Positions 63,520 to 64,000 of a stretch of 64,000 nt of DNA are shown here, piece by piece. The notes under the pieces were generated by a model that was not told the DNA's origin, made no database searches, and was given only the letters and a program-made list of their open reading frames with translations. This DNA is from Podarcis muralis. Taxonomy: Eukaryota. The stretch's first letter is position 1. Every line of letters begins with the position of its first letter. The position numbers were made by a program, and so were the translations under genes. The stretch covers positions 29,078,001 to 29,142,000 of the forward strand of contig NC_135658.1 in the NCBI RefSeq assembly GCF_964188315.1. Reading direction: 5' to 3'.

Positions 63520-64000
63520 AAGTAGAGACGTCACCTTGCCAACAAAGGTTCGTATAGTTAAAGCCATGGTTTTCCCAGTAGTGAGGCATGGAAGTGAGAG
63601 CTGGACCATAAAGAAGGCTGAGCGCCGAAGAATTGATGCTTTTGAATTATGGTGCTGGAGAAGACTCTTGAGAGTCCCATGGACTGCAAGAAGATCAAAC
63701 GCATCCATTCTTAAGGAAATCAGCCCTGAGTGCTCACTGGAAGGACAGATCGTGAAGTTGAGGCTCCAATACTTTGGCCACTTCATGAGAAGAGAAGACT
63801 CCCTGGAGAAGACACTGATGCTGGGAAAGATGGAGGGCACAAGGAGAAGGGGGCGACAGAGGACGAGATGGTTGGATAGTGTTTTCGAGGTTACCAGCAT
63901 GAGTTTGACCAAACTGCGGGAGGCAGTGGAGGACAGAGGTGCCTGGCGTGCTCTGGTCCAGGGGGTCATGAAGAGTCGGACACGACTAAACGACTAAACA
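63520..64000 (+). mobile_element. Bov-B (RTE) LINE 3' end, ORF C-terminus open to its stop
   Basis: KVRIVKAMVFPVV..GSESWTIKKAERRRIDAFELWCWRRLLRVPWTARRSN...RRRGRQRTRWLD, TAA at 63995-63997. Directly follows a CR1 fragment (LVRLHLEYC). Confidence 0.96.

Noticed and set aside
1-64000. CRISPR array, prokaryotic operon, Fanzor/TnpB or endogenous viral ORF
   Set aside because: There is no repeat-spacer periodicity. All long ORFs are explained by TEs, GC bias or the candidate host exon.

Overview
This is vertebrate genomic DNA, almost certainly from a squamate and most likely a lacertid lizard (Podarcis/Lacerta type). That is inferred from seven Sauria (POM-type) SINEs together with Bov-B, L2 and CR1 LINEs; there is no prokaryotic signature and no CRISPR array. 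The window is mostly intronic or intergenic and rich in transposable elements. It contains an N gap (874-1008), one apparently native CpG-island promoter (~4880-5670) and several candidate exons of genes I cannot name. The best supported is a 224-codon minus-strand coding exon at 13008-13679. Clear elements are a Chapaev3 (RAG/Transib-related) DNA transposon deletion derivative with a nested Bov-B insertion, a decayed irritans-type mariner, nested solo LTRs and many MITEs. The most striking observation is that the second 'CpG island' (~35060-36020) is not native. It lies wholly inside a 1103-bp hAT element (34986-36088) with perfect 15-bp TIRs and a perfect 8-bp TSD, and carries a promoter/first-exon-like GC-rich cargo, a consensus splice donor and a telomeric repeat tract. 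This is a candidate Pack-TIR that mobilises a CpG-island promoter. All gene models are splice-signal inferences without RNA or homology data.
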